This document shows positions 51,503 through 58,767 of a stretch of DNA of 58,767 bases, piece after piece. Each line of letters opens with the position of its first letter. Within the stretch, counting starts at the first letter, position 1. The DNA comes from Candidatus Roizmanbacteria bacterium RIFOXYC1_FULL_41_16. GTDB taxonomy: Bacteria > Patescibacteriota > Microgenomatia > UBA1406. The DNA lies in the NCBI GenBank assembly GCA_001788295.1, contig MGBO01000021.1, forward strand, positions 212,865 to 271,631. The letters run 5' to 3'. Below the pieces are notes generated by a model that made no database searches, was not told where the DNA came from, and saw nothing but the letters and a program-made list of their open reading frames with translations. The translations under genes and the position numbers were made by a program.

Positions 51503-53032
51503 ATGCGCAGAACGCAATTTTCTCTCTTTTGTTTGTTTTTGTTATTGGGACTGATGGTAACGCCGAGAATTCTCAAGCCAGAACAGCCTAAGCCGGCAGT
51601 ACTGGCCGACGTGACTAACTCTGCGACTGTGGTTACCCCAACCCCCACGCCAGTGGTTACCAGCACCCCAACCCCGACGCCAACTTCGACTCTGACGCCC
51701 ACTACCACCCTGACGCCCACGCCAACCACAGTACTCTCTAATCTGGAATTATCTTTTGTTGTCAACCCGCCCTTAAACGGCTCATATTATGTCGCAGACG
51801 AAATTATCACCATTACTATTATTTATCGCTCTTTAACACCAATTTCACAACCGTTGACTCTGTCGCTTAATTATCCCTTGGGCCGGATCAATGACTCGCC
51901 CCTTGACCTGATTGAAGCTCTAAGCTATATCAGTGGCTCAGCGAGCACCAGCCCTCAAGGAGCCACGCCCAGTATTAATTTAAACAGTCATCTCATTACT
52001 TGGAACATCGCTTCTCTAGCAAGCGCCAGCAGCCCCAGCCAAGTCAGTCTGAAACTACGAGTACTGGAAAACACGGCAATTACTGATCCAGTGCTTAATG
52101 ACCTGATTTTGTCCAGCGTTTTTGGCACTACTAAGTTGCCAGATCAAAAAACCACCCTTAATCTTTATGGTTCATTTGTTGCCCAGGTTTCCCCGACTCC
52201 GGCAATACCACCAACACCCAAGCCGGCTGAGGAACCCGAACAGTTTTTTGTGTATTCTTTGTTTGGCTATACCTCAAGCCATGCCAACGTGCGCTTAGAA
52301 GGGCTTAAGTTACTGGAAGGCACCAAAGCTAACCAAGATGGTTATTTTGAGTTTGTTAATTTCAGAGCTTCCAGCCGCAATCTGGAGTTTTGTCTGCTGA
52401 GCGTTGACACCGAAAACCTGGTGTCACCGCCTCTTTGTGTTCCGGTGCCACCGGTTGAGGCTAACCGCAAATACGGACCCTATTTGTTGCCACCGACAAT
52501 CAGATTGGATAAGGGCGATATTAAGACCGGGCAGCAAGCCCAAGTGAACGGCAAAACCATTCCCGGAGCGAGCGTGAATCTTAACGTCTTTGATCAAGCA
52601 GAAAAGCCTTTGGCTATTTTAATTAAAACAGCCTATGCCGCCACCAAACCCGAAGTGATTAAGCTTGATTCGGCTTCAGACGGCAGCTTTAGTACCACTC
52701 TAAGCGGCACTAACCCAGGTAAAAAGCGCGTTTTTGCTCAATCAACTTTTAATATTGAAGAAAATGAGAACAAAACTCCCAAAAGCGTGACTCTGACGCT
52801 CAACATCCTTAGCCTATTCTTGGCCTTATTAATCCAATTTTTGGGCTTATTCCGGTCTTTGTTTAGTCTTAACTTTATTCTGTTTTTGCAGTTTTTACTC
52901 GTCCTTTATCTCTTGCTGAGACGGCGCCTGATCTTTAACTGGCTAAGCCTGATGCACCACAAACGGACTGCCATTATCCTTTACCGGCAAAACAGTATTG
53001 TGAAAGCAGAAAAGAATTACTGCCCGCTTTAA
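51503..53032 (+). CDS. secreted protein with Thr/Pro-rich linker and C-terminal TM region
   Basis: Signal peptide, then the PTPTPVVTSTPTPTPTSTLTPTTTLTPTPTT linker, a beta-rich body and C-terminal hydrophobic helices (LSLFLALLIQFLGLF, ILFLQFLLVLYLLL). Confidence 0.6.
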   Translation: MRRTQFSLFCLFLLLGLMVTPRILKPEQPKPAVLADVTNSATVVTPTPTPVVTSTPTPTPTSTLTPTTTLTPTPTTVLSNLELSFVVNPPLNGSYYVADEIITITIIYRSLTPISQPLTLSLNYPLGRINDSPLDLIEALSYISGSASTSPQGATPSINLNSHLITWNIASLASASSPSQVSLKLRVLENTAITDPVLNDLILSSVFGTTKLPDQKTTLNLYGSFVAQVSPTPAIPPTPKPAEEPEQFFVYSLFGYTSSHANVRLEGLKLLEGTKANQDGYFEFVNFRASSRNLEFCLLSVDTENLVSPPLCVPVPPVEANRKYGPYLLPPTIRLDKGDIKTGQQAQVNGKTIPGASVNLNVFDQAEKPLAILIKTAYAATKPEVIKLDSASDGSFSTTLSGTNPGKKRVFAQSTFNIEENENKTPKSVTLTLNILSLFLALLIQFLGLFRSLFSLNFILFLQFLLVLYLLLRRRLIFNWLSLMHHKRTAIILYRQNSIVKAEKNYCPL

Positions 53033-53436
53033 TTGAATTTGATTTTTAGAGCCTGGCCAAGCTTAGTATTGTCCAGTACCGCCTCAATGACGTACTCGCC
53101 CGAAGTGGTGGTTGAAAGATCAAAGATGGCCCGACCATAAGAGTCTGTCAGTGAATTAAGCTGCTCAATGACTAATTCCGGCGACTTGCTAAGCATTACC
53201 GGCTGATTGGCCACTCCCAAACCCTGATTATTGAGCACAAAGACTGTAATTCGGATCCTGTCGATGCTATTAGCCCTGGCCACAATTGGCGAAGCAAAAA
53301 GATATGAGTTTTCGGCTGAATAATTACCGCTGCCTGTCGCTCGACTTGAAATAATCAGCCTGACATTGGCAAAGACGCTCATCAACAATAACATTACTAA
53401 TAAAACTGCCAAAGCCGGAAAAAGACGCTTATTCAT
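53029..53436 (-). CDS. small secreted protein with bacterial Ig-like (Big_1-like) domain
   Basis: Signal peptide (FPALAVLLVMLLLMSVFA) followed by IRITVFVLNNQGLGVANQPVMLS...DSYGRAIFDLSTTTSGEYVIEAVL, an invasin/intimin-type Ig pattern. Confidence 0.5.
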   Translation of the reverse strand: MNKRLFPALAVLLVMLLLMSVFANVRLIISSRATGSGNYSAENSYLFASPIVARANSIDRIRITVFVLNNQGLGVANQPVMLSKSPELVIEQLNSLTDSYGRAIFDLSTTTSGEYVIEAVLDNTKLGQALKIKFN

Positions 53437-53877
53437 AGCTTAATTATAGTAAACTGACAAATCTAGTCAAGTAGGGCCAAACACTAGGACAAGCGTAGTA
53501 TATCCATATCCTGGCACTAGTGGTAGCCTGGTGCTAATAAGCCTAAGAAATTAACCTGAAACTATAAAAAAATATACGCTTACTAACAAATACATCACTA
53601 TAAGATAATAAATTAGGATTGGATTGCCAAGACAATCCAGCGTCTTACTATAGGCATTCTTATTAATCTTCTCGTTCTATAGGATATCCAGTATTTTGGT
53701 AAGGGCAAAAAACATTATAAAGAATATATTATAGGTCTTGATACAGTTATATGCGCTTTAAATGAACCATTTTTTCCTGCGGTAATATGTATAAATCTAT
53801 GTAAAACGTATTACAGGATAGTAGTTGATGTTTTTTGATAATGTATCTAAGTATATCAGTATATATTAAAATGCCTC

Positions 53878-53906
53878 TTGACAAATATCTCTTCTCTATT
53901 AATAAT
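53878..53906 (+). promoter_or_regulatory. sigma70-like promoter, leaderless geometry
   Basis: TTGACA (53878..53883), a 17-nt spacer, AATAAT (53901..53906), 6 nt, then ATG at 53913. It shares the 15-mer cttgacaaatatctc with the promoter at 47801. Confidence 0.4.
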
Positions 53907-53912
53907 GTATAT

Positions 53913-54404
53913 ATGTTAAATACTGATCATAATACTGCCAGTTATCAAGCCAAATTCGCCGATTTCCTATTGACCAAAAAGTATGGTAGTTTGTCTGTGA
54001 AAAGTTATCTGGCGGATTTGGAACATTACTTAGATTGGGCTGCTACAAAGATTAAACGAGCTAATAGCAAATTAAGCAACCATAACTCTTTAACAACCTT
54101 TTTCAGCTCTAGGGCCTTAGAACAATATCTTTTGGAAATTCAAGGCTCGGAGAGTCCTTCGGCGATTAAGCGAAGATTAGCAGCGCTTTCTAGCTTTCTA
54201 AAATACGCGTGTGCAGAAAAATGGCTTAATAGCAGCCTATTGAACGTATTTAAGACTTTAGCAGAGACTACTCACCAAGCGCTAAAAACCACTGATCAGG
54301 TACTGTCTGATTTTACTTTGCATCTACAGGAGAAGCAAACTCCCAAAAACAGCTTGCGTAGCTATGTGGCTGACATTAAAGAGTTTTTAACCATTACAAA
54401 TTAA
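53913..54404 (+). CDS. protein made only of tyrosine-recombinase N-terminal (SAM-like/core-binding) motifs; no catalytic domain
   Basis: Three helical motifs of the integrase core-binding type: FADFLLTKKYGSLSVKSYLADLEHYLDWA, SPSAIKRRLAALSSFLKYACAEKWL and LQEKQTPKNSLRSYVADIKEFL. The start was set at 53913 behind the promoter; the track gives 53835. Confidence 0.55.
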   Translation: MLNTDHNTASYQAKFADFLLTKKYGSLSVKSYLADLEHYLDWAATKIKRANSKLSNHNSLTTFFSSRALEQYLLEIQGSESPSAIKRRLAALSSFLKYACAEKWLNSSLLNVFKTLAETTHQALKTTDQVLSDFTLHLQEKQTPKNSLRSYVADIKEFLTITN

Positions 54405-54615
54405 TTGCTTGATATGAAACTTATCTACAACCTTTGGAAGCAACTAGACCCCTCAAGCCAAGGAAGCGCTTATCTGCCCATGCCCAAGGAAAGACTGCCA
54501 AAACTGGATTCTTTTATCAGCTTTAGGCTGAGGAGCAAGTGGGCGTTTCGCAAATATTGATTGATTAATCACTCCGACGCCGGCACATAAGCCTGGTCGG
54601 AGAAATTAGCCAACC

Positions 54616-57600
54616 ATGAGCAAACAAAGCCATTTTTTCTCGACCAAGAACCTAAATACATATCGAAATTCTTTAAAGAATAAGGGCTATTCTGTAGCCA
54701 CAATCAAGCGAAAAATTGCGTCCGTACTTAAATTTGCTAATTGGGCTTACGAAACAGGCCGAATCCACCATAATCAGCTTCAGGAAATCCGGAAAATCTT
54801 GGCTTCTAAAACAGGCTCTAATCGCCCAAATAAAACACGAAATTGGGCACAATTGTTATCATTTGGCAAGCTGGTATCTCCCAGCCGCCTGATCAATTTG
54901 CTTGGCTTATTGCTTTTGCTGGCTTTTGCTGTCGGGGCCGGTATTGGTATTTATAACCAATTTTTTAGTCGGGCGCAGATCAACCTGGCCGCTCAACCCG
55001 GCCCGGTGCGTGCCGGCCGGATCATTAACTTTCAGGGTTTTCTCACTGACAGCAACGGCACACCGATTGTAAGCTCGATCAACATGCGATATCGGCTCTA
55101 CAACGCTGCATCTGGCGGTGATGTTTTGTACGATACCAGCACCTGTTCTGTGGAACCGGACAACGATGGCATCGTAAATGTTTTGATTGGCACTAACTCT
55201 CCTACCGGTGGTGCCTGCTGGGATGGCAATGAAATTCCGGCTGAAGTTTTCTCCATGAACCCTAACGTTTATCTTGGTGTGACAGTGGGAACAGATCCGG
55301 AGATGACTGACAGACAGCAAATTGCTAATGTGGGTTATGCTATCAATGCGGAGCTTTTGCAGGGCTACCCACTAGGGACAGGATCAGCTTCAGTGCCATT
55401 TATCAATGGCGATGGTGATCTGCTAATTGGGGCCGCTACCCCTAGTGTGAGCTCGATCAATACCAGCGCTAACTTCCGACTCTCAAGCGCCAACGCCATC
55501 ACGATCGTTTCGGCTGGTTCTGGCGACCTGGTTTTACAAGCGACTGAAAGCGGCGCTATTAATCTGCGAACCGGAGGCGAAACCGATGCCAATTCTCGGC
55601 TCTATATTGCCAATAACGGCAATGTGGGGATTGGCACAACCACCCCAAGTAGCAAACTTGATGTCGACGGGGCAGTGACTATGACCGGCTTTAAGCTGAC
55701 TACTTCTCCAAGTGCCGGCTATGTCTTAAGCTCAGATGCCAATGGTGTGGGAACCTGGGCGGATGTTTCCTCCACCGCCGGCCCGTGGACTTTGTCCGGC
55801 AGCAATCTCTACCCCGACTCCACCAGCTACAACGTCGGCATTGGCACCACGGCACCAAGTAGTAAATTACATCTGAATGGTGGCACTGGTAGTATAAGTA
55901 CTGGAATTGTCTTTGGTGACGCTGATACTGGTATATTTGAAAGTTCTGACGATAATCTATATATTCAGGCCGCCTCCAGTGGTTCAATCCAGCTCCGAAC
56001 TACTGGTAACGCTTGGGTAGCTTTTGCCGAAGGTGGCCACACAAGTTATAAACCATTCAGAGTAGATAGTACTTTTACAGTTACCGGCGGTGGCCCTCAT
56101 TATTTTAGCACTGGCAACGTTGGCATTGGAACTACAAGTCCAGGCGCAAAATTACATATCTCAGGAGGCGGTATGCTGTTAGATAATAGCTACTACGTTT
56201 ATGGAAAAGATACCGGTGGAACAACAAGAACATTAATCGGAGTAGATGGAAATAATTTTACCAGAGTTGGTAGTACCGGACTAAGCGACCTGTACTTGGA
56301 TGTTGGAGGAGTAAGTGCTTTAATTGCAAAAACCACAACTGGCGATATTGGAATTGGAGACAATAGTCCCGATGCAAGATTGGAAGTTTCGGCAAATGGT
56401 GGCGCCACTGACTTATTTAAGCTCTCAAGTGATGACAGCAATGACGGTAACTTGTTTATTGTTAACAACAGCGGCAATGTGGGGATTGGCACAACCACCC
56501 CAAGTAGCAAGCTTGATGTCGACGGGACAGTGACTATGACCGGCTTTAAGCTGACTACTTCTCCAAGTGCCGGCTACGTGCTTAGCTCAGACGCTAACGG
56601 CGTGGGTACCTGGACCGATGTCTCCTCTACCGCCGGCCCCTGGACTTTATCCGGCTCCAACCTCTACCCCGACTCCACCAGCTACAATGTTGGTATTGGC
56701 ACAACCGCTCCAAGCTCGACTTTAGAAGTAGTGACGTCTGGCGCAGGCACAGGTTCGATAAAATTACGATCTTCTGTATACGGAGGCTATATTGATACAA
56801 CAACCGGTAGTTCTACTGGTCACTTGTATTTAATGCCTGTAAGTCGAACAGTATATTTGGGAGATAACTCCTCAAATGACTATTCGCTAGGTATTTATGG
56901 TACTTCTGGCAATACTGTAATGCTACGTGCTAACGGTGCCAGTTTTTTAAATGGCGGCAACGTGGGTATCGGCACCACGGTGCCTGCATACAAACTCCAA
57001 GTTGCTGGAGATTTTAGAGCCGGATTAACCTCTACTAATCGATATGTTACCATCGGTTCTTCTGGAGTACTAACCAGCCGCTATGACGACGACGGCACTG
57101 AAAATGTTTTAATCGCTGAAAACAGAGGTTATTCAGTGGGCAACGAAGCTGTTGCTCTACTTTTTAATATGTCGACCCAAGGCGACTATACAGCCTTAGG
57201 CGCTGGCCAAATTATTGTGGCAAAAGAACAAGCTTGGACATCGGCTGGCACACAGGATTCAAGTATGTCGTTTTTAACAAGACTGGATGGAACACTGGCT
57301 GAAAAAATGAGAATTGCGTCTAACGGCAATGTGGGGATTGGCACCACTGCCCCAGCTGAAAAGCTGGATGTAGCGGGCAACGTGCAATTTAGTGGCGCCC
57401 TCATGCCCAACGGCAGTGCCGGAACCAGTGGCTATATGCTGCAATCCGCCGGCGCCGGCGCTCCCCCCACCTGGACTGATGTTTCCTCCACTGCCGGCCC
57501 CTGGACTTTGTCCGGCTCTAACCTCTACCCCGACTCCACCACCTACAATGTGGGGATTGGGACAACGGCTCCAAATCAACAGTTAGAAATTACAAAAAAC

Positions 57601-58767
57601 TTTAGATTACCTAGTACTACCTACAATAGTGGAAATCCATATGGAGTAATCTATAAAGATGGGAATAGCTTCCTCCATGATTTTAATCATGGCTACAATG
57701 GAACTGTTACCACAAGTGGTGGTAATACATTTTTAGGTATCGGGGCCGGTAACTTTACCATGGGGTCTACGGCCACCAACACCGCTCATGGCTCATACAA
57801 TACTGCTGTGGGTTATCAAGTTCTTCAAGCTAACACTACCGGCTTTTATAACAGTGCCCTTGGTTACCAAGCTCTCTTTTCCAACACCAATGGAACTCAA
57901 AGTACTGCCATAGGGTGGAAAGCACTCTATAATAACACCACTGGTGGAACTAACAGTGCGCTGGGCTCGGAAGCTCTCGTTGCCAACACCACCGGATACG
58001 ATAATGTTGCTGTGGGTTATCGTTCACTCTTTGCAAACACCGAGGGACGCAGTAATATCGCCGTAGGTCAGCAAGCTCTCGTTGCCAACACCACCGGAAT
58101 CTATAACACTGCCGTAGGTTCTCTAGCCCTCTCTAGTATCACCACTGCTAACAGTAATACTGCAGTAGGTTTTTATGCAGGCAAATTTATTTCCGGTGGC
58201 GTTACCGCCAATCAAACCTCAAGCAGTTCTCTCTATTTAGGATATGATACCCGAGCTTTAGCCAATGGTGACACTAATGAAACCGTCATTGGTTATAACG
58301 CAACTGGTATTGGTAGTAATACTGTAACTTTGGGAAATGACTCGGTTATCAAAACAGCATTGAAAGGCAATGTGGGGATTGGCACCACGGCTCCAACCGA
58401 GAAACTAGATGTAGCGGGCAACGTGCAATTTAGTGGCGCCCTCATGCCCAACGGCAGTGCCGGAACGAGTGGCTATATGTTGCAATCCGCCGGCGCAGGC
58501 GCTCCCCCAACTTGGACCGATGTCTCCTCCACCGCCGGCCCCTGGACTTTGGCTGGGAGCAATCTTTACCCGGATTCCACAAGTTACAACGTGGGGATTG
58601 GAACAACTGCACCAATTACTTGGTTGCATACTAGTAATTCCGGCTTAACTGCCAAAGGCAAAGCTCTGGCAATATTTGATCAATACGAAAACCAACCAAT
58701 ATTAGTAGCCTCAGCCAGCGGTTCAACCAAGTTTATGGTTGATTACAACGGCAACGTGGGGATTGGA
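54616..58767 (+). CDS. giant membrane-anchored repetitive fibre protein, 5' part (at least 1384 aa, open at the window end): SAM-like N-domain + TM helix + tail-fibre/adhesin-like repeats
   Basis: Absent from the ORF track because it has no stop. I read 1384 sense codons from the ATG at 54616 to the last base of the window. The N-terminus is LNTYRNSLKNKGYSVATIKRKIASVLKFANWAYETG. The TM helix is LINLLGLLLLLAFAVGAGIGIY. At least 11 copies of the motif GNVGIGTTxPxxKL[DHEQ]V follow. A block of NT-rich 14-15-aa repeats is also present (NTAVGYQVLQANTTGFYNSALGYQALFSNTNG...). Confidence 0.8.
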   Translation, partial: MSKQSHFFSTKNLNTYRNSLKNKGYSVATIKRKIASVLKFANWAYETGRIHHNQLQEIRKILASKTGSNRPNKTRNWAQLLSFGKLVSPSRLINLLGLLLLLAFAVGAGIGIYNQFFSRAQINLAAQPGPVRAGRIINFQGFLTDSNGTPIVSSINMRYRLYNAASGGDVLYDTSTCSVEPDNDGIVNVLIGTNSPTGGACWDGNEIPAEVFSMNPNVYLGVTVGTDPEMTDRQQIANVGYAINAELLQGYPLGTGSASVPFINGDGDLLIGAATPSVSSINTSANFRLSSANAITIVSAGSGDLVLQATESGAINLRTGGETDANSRLYIANNGNVGIGTTTPSSKLDVDGAVTMTGFKLTTSPSAGYVLSSDANGVGTWADVSSTAGPWTLSGSNLYPDSTSYNVGIGTTAPSSKLHLNGGTGSISTGIVFGDADTGIFESSDDNLYIQAASSGSIQLRTTGNAWVAFAEGGHTSYKPFRVDSTFTVTGGGPHYFSTGNVGIGTTSPGAKLHISGGGMLLDNSYYVYGKDTGGTTRTLIGVDGNNFTRVGSTGLSDLYLDVGGVSALIAKTTTGDIGIGDNSPDARLEVSANGGATDLFKLSSDDSNDGNLFIVNNSGNVGIGTTTPSSKLDVDGTVTMTGFKLTTSPSAGYVLSSDANGVGTWTDVSSTAGPWTLSGSNLYPDSTSYNVGIGTTAPSSTLEVVTSGAGTGSIKLRSSVYGGYIDTTTGSSTGHLYLMPVSRTVYLGDNSSNDYSLGIYGTSGNTVMLRANGASFLNGGNVGIGTTVPAYKLQVAGDFRAGLTSTNRYVTIGSSGVLTSRYDDDGTENVLIAENRGYSVGNEAVALLFNMSTQGDYTALGAGQIIVAKEQAWTSAGTQDSSMSFLTRLDGTLAEKMRIASNGNVGIGTTAPAEKLDVAGNVQFSGALMPNGSAGTSGYMLQSAGAGAPPTWTDVSSTAGPWTLSGSNLYPDSTTYNVGIGTTAPNQQLEITKNFRLPSTTYNSGNPYGVIYKDGNSFLHDFNHGYNGTVTTSGGNTFLGIGAGNFTMGSTATNTAHGSYNTAVGYQVLQANTTGFYNSALGYQALFSNTNGTQSTAIGWKALYNNTTGGTNSALGSEALVANTTGYDNVAVGYRSLFANTEGRSNIAVGQQALVANTTGIYNTAVGSLALSSITTANSNTAVGFYAGKFISGGVTANQTSSSSLYLGYDTRALANGDTNETVIGYNATGIGSNTVTLGNDSVIKTALKGNVGIGTTAPTEKLDVAGNVQFSGALMPNGSAGTSGYMLQSAGAGAPPTWTDVSSTAGPWTLAGSNLYPDSTSYNVGIGTTAPITWLHTSNSGLTAKGKALAIFDQYENQPILVASASGSTKFMVDYNGNVGIG
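55618..55860 (+). repeat. fibre module type A, copy 1 (243 nt)
   Basis: Encodes GNVGIGTTTPSSKLDVDGAVTMTGFKLTTSPSAGYVLSSDANGVGTWADVSSTAGPWTLSGSNLYPDSTSYNVGIGTTAPS. It is near-identical to 56473..56715, and the first 100 nt or so differ at only 2 positions. Confidence 0.85.
56473..56715 (+). repeat. fibre module type A, copy 2
   Basis: Direct repeat of 55618..55860, offset by 855 nt and in frame. The differences are mostly synonymous third-position changes. Confidence 0.85.
57325..57573 (+). repeat. fibre module type B, copy 1 (249 nt)
   Basis: Encodes GNVGIGTTAPAEKLDVAGNVQFSGALMPNGSAGTSGYMLQSAGAGAPPTWTDVSSTAGPWTLSGSNLYPDSTTYNVGIGTTAP. It repeats at 58366..58614. Confidence 0.85.
58366..58614 (+). 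repeat. fibre module type B, copy 2
   Basis: Direct repeat of 57325..57573, offset by 1041 nt and in frame. Confidence 0.85.

Noticed and set aside
51484-51765. The 93-aa minus-strand ORF rich in VGVGV.
   Set aside because: It is antisense to the Thr/Pro-linker coding region of 51503..53032 and is a low-complexity mirror frame.
53437-53877. The 440-bp AT-rich non-coding gap, as a possible ncRNA or degraded element.
   Set aside because: I found only weak short inverted repeats (for example GGATTG-ccaaga-CAATCC). There was no tRNA-like, riboswitch-like or repeat structure I could support by eye. It may simply be a long regulatory region. A covariance-model scan would be needed.
54414-54560. 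A 48-aa ORF (MKLIYNLWKQLDPSSQGSAYLPMPKERLPKLDSFISFRLRSKWAFRKY) between the SAM-like gene and the giant fibre gene. A 7-bp-stem hairpin (ctccgac...gtcggag, about 54571..54601) lies just before the giant ORF.
   Set aside because: The ORF is too short, has no motif and no promoter geometry like the other genes. The hairpin has a 17-nt loop and no U-tract. Both were noted as possible regulatory features of the 211-nt gap but are not supportable from sequence alone.
55618-58614. A possible CRISPR array, or a diversity-generating retroelement TR/VR pair, suggested by the repeated 243-249-nt tracts.
   Set aside because: The repeats are far longer than CRISPR repeats, lie in frame within a coding region, and have periods of 855 and 1041 nt. 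No cas gene or reverse transcriptase is present in the window. The differences between copies are mostly synonymous third-position changes of all base types, not adenine-specific substitutions.
54907-58629. Eight minus-strand ORFs in the track (54907..55320, 55365..55592, 55700..55987, 56199..56510, 57186..57410, 57274..57579, 58405..58629) and two plus-strand ORFs in other frames (56324..56533, 57392..57586, 58433..58648).
   Set aside because: All of them lie inside, or antisense to, the 4152-nt open plus-strand frame starting at 54616. That frame encodes a coherent repetitive protein with recurring GNVGIGTT motifs. The listed ORFs give low-complexity Pro/Gly/Ala/Ser-rich peptides typical of shadow frames of GC-richer repeats.
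1-58767. An alternative genetic code (UGA as sense, as in some CPR lineages).
   Set aside because: TGA functions as the stop in several tightly coupled ATGA junctions (30033, 37181, 46163). All long ORFs are intact under the standard code, and no gene appears truncated at TGA.

Overview
Gene-dense bacterial chromosome segment of about 60 genes. It is moderately AT-rich by eye and uses the standard code (TGA acts as a stop, including in ATGA gene overlaps). The content suggests a Candidate Phyla Radiation / Patescibacteria-type genome, which is an inference: archaeal-type TyrRS, almost no Shine-Dalgarno sequences, promoters placed 6-8 nt before start codons, comEA/comEC, a sortase, several giant surface proteins and very little metabolism.

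Housekeeping genes: tmk, tyrS, tatD, fmt, nfo, pth, mreB, ndk, leuS, an M16 peptidase, an RRM protein, tRNA-Trp(CCA) and tRNA-Arg(CCT).

Accessory content worth a second look:
1. An ORF absent from the supplied track because it has no stop in the window (54616..58767, at least 1384 aa). It fuses an integrase-type SAM-like N-terminal domain to a TM helix and a huge repetitive fibre, and is preceded by a gene made only of SAM-like motifs.
2. A leaderless operon: small protein, then a 2383-aa Kelch/FN3 giant secreted protein, then a MacB/FtsX-type ABC pair.
3. Two paralogous surface-protein modules (a secreted beta-rich protein with a conserved ...A-x-P-x-F C-terminus plus a C-terminally anchored partner) that flank comEA and a split comEC.
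4. A REP-associated tyrosine transposase (RAYT) bracketed by inverted 22-nt palindromic REPs next to tRNA-Arg. Four more copies of the same element lie inside coding sequences (tatD, aclB-like, leuS and a signal peptide).
5. An ATP-citrate-lyase-like enzyme split into three genes.
6. A glycosylation island (GT-C/TPR, 3x GT4, GT2, HAD, kinase).

All family calls come from motifs read by eye, with no database search. No CRISPR array, rRNA or prophage was seen.
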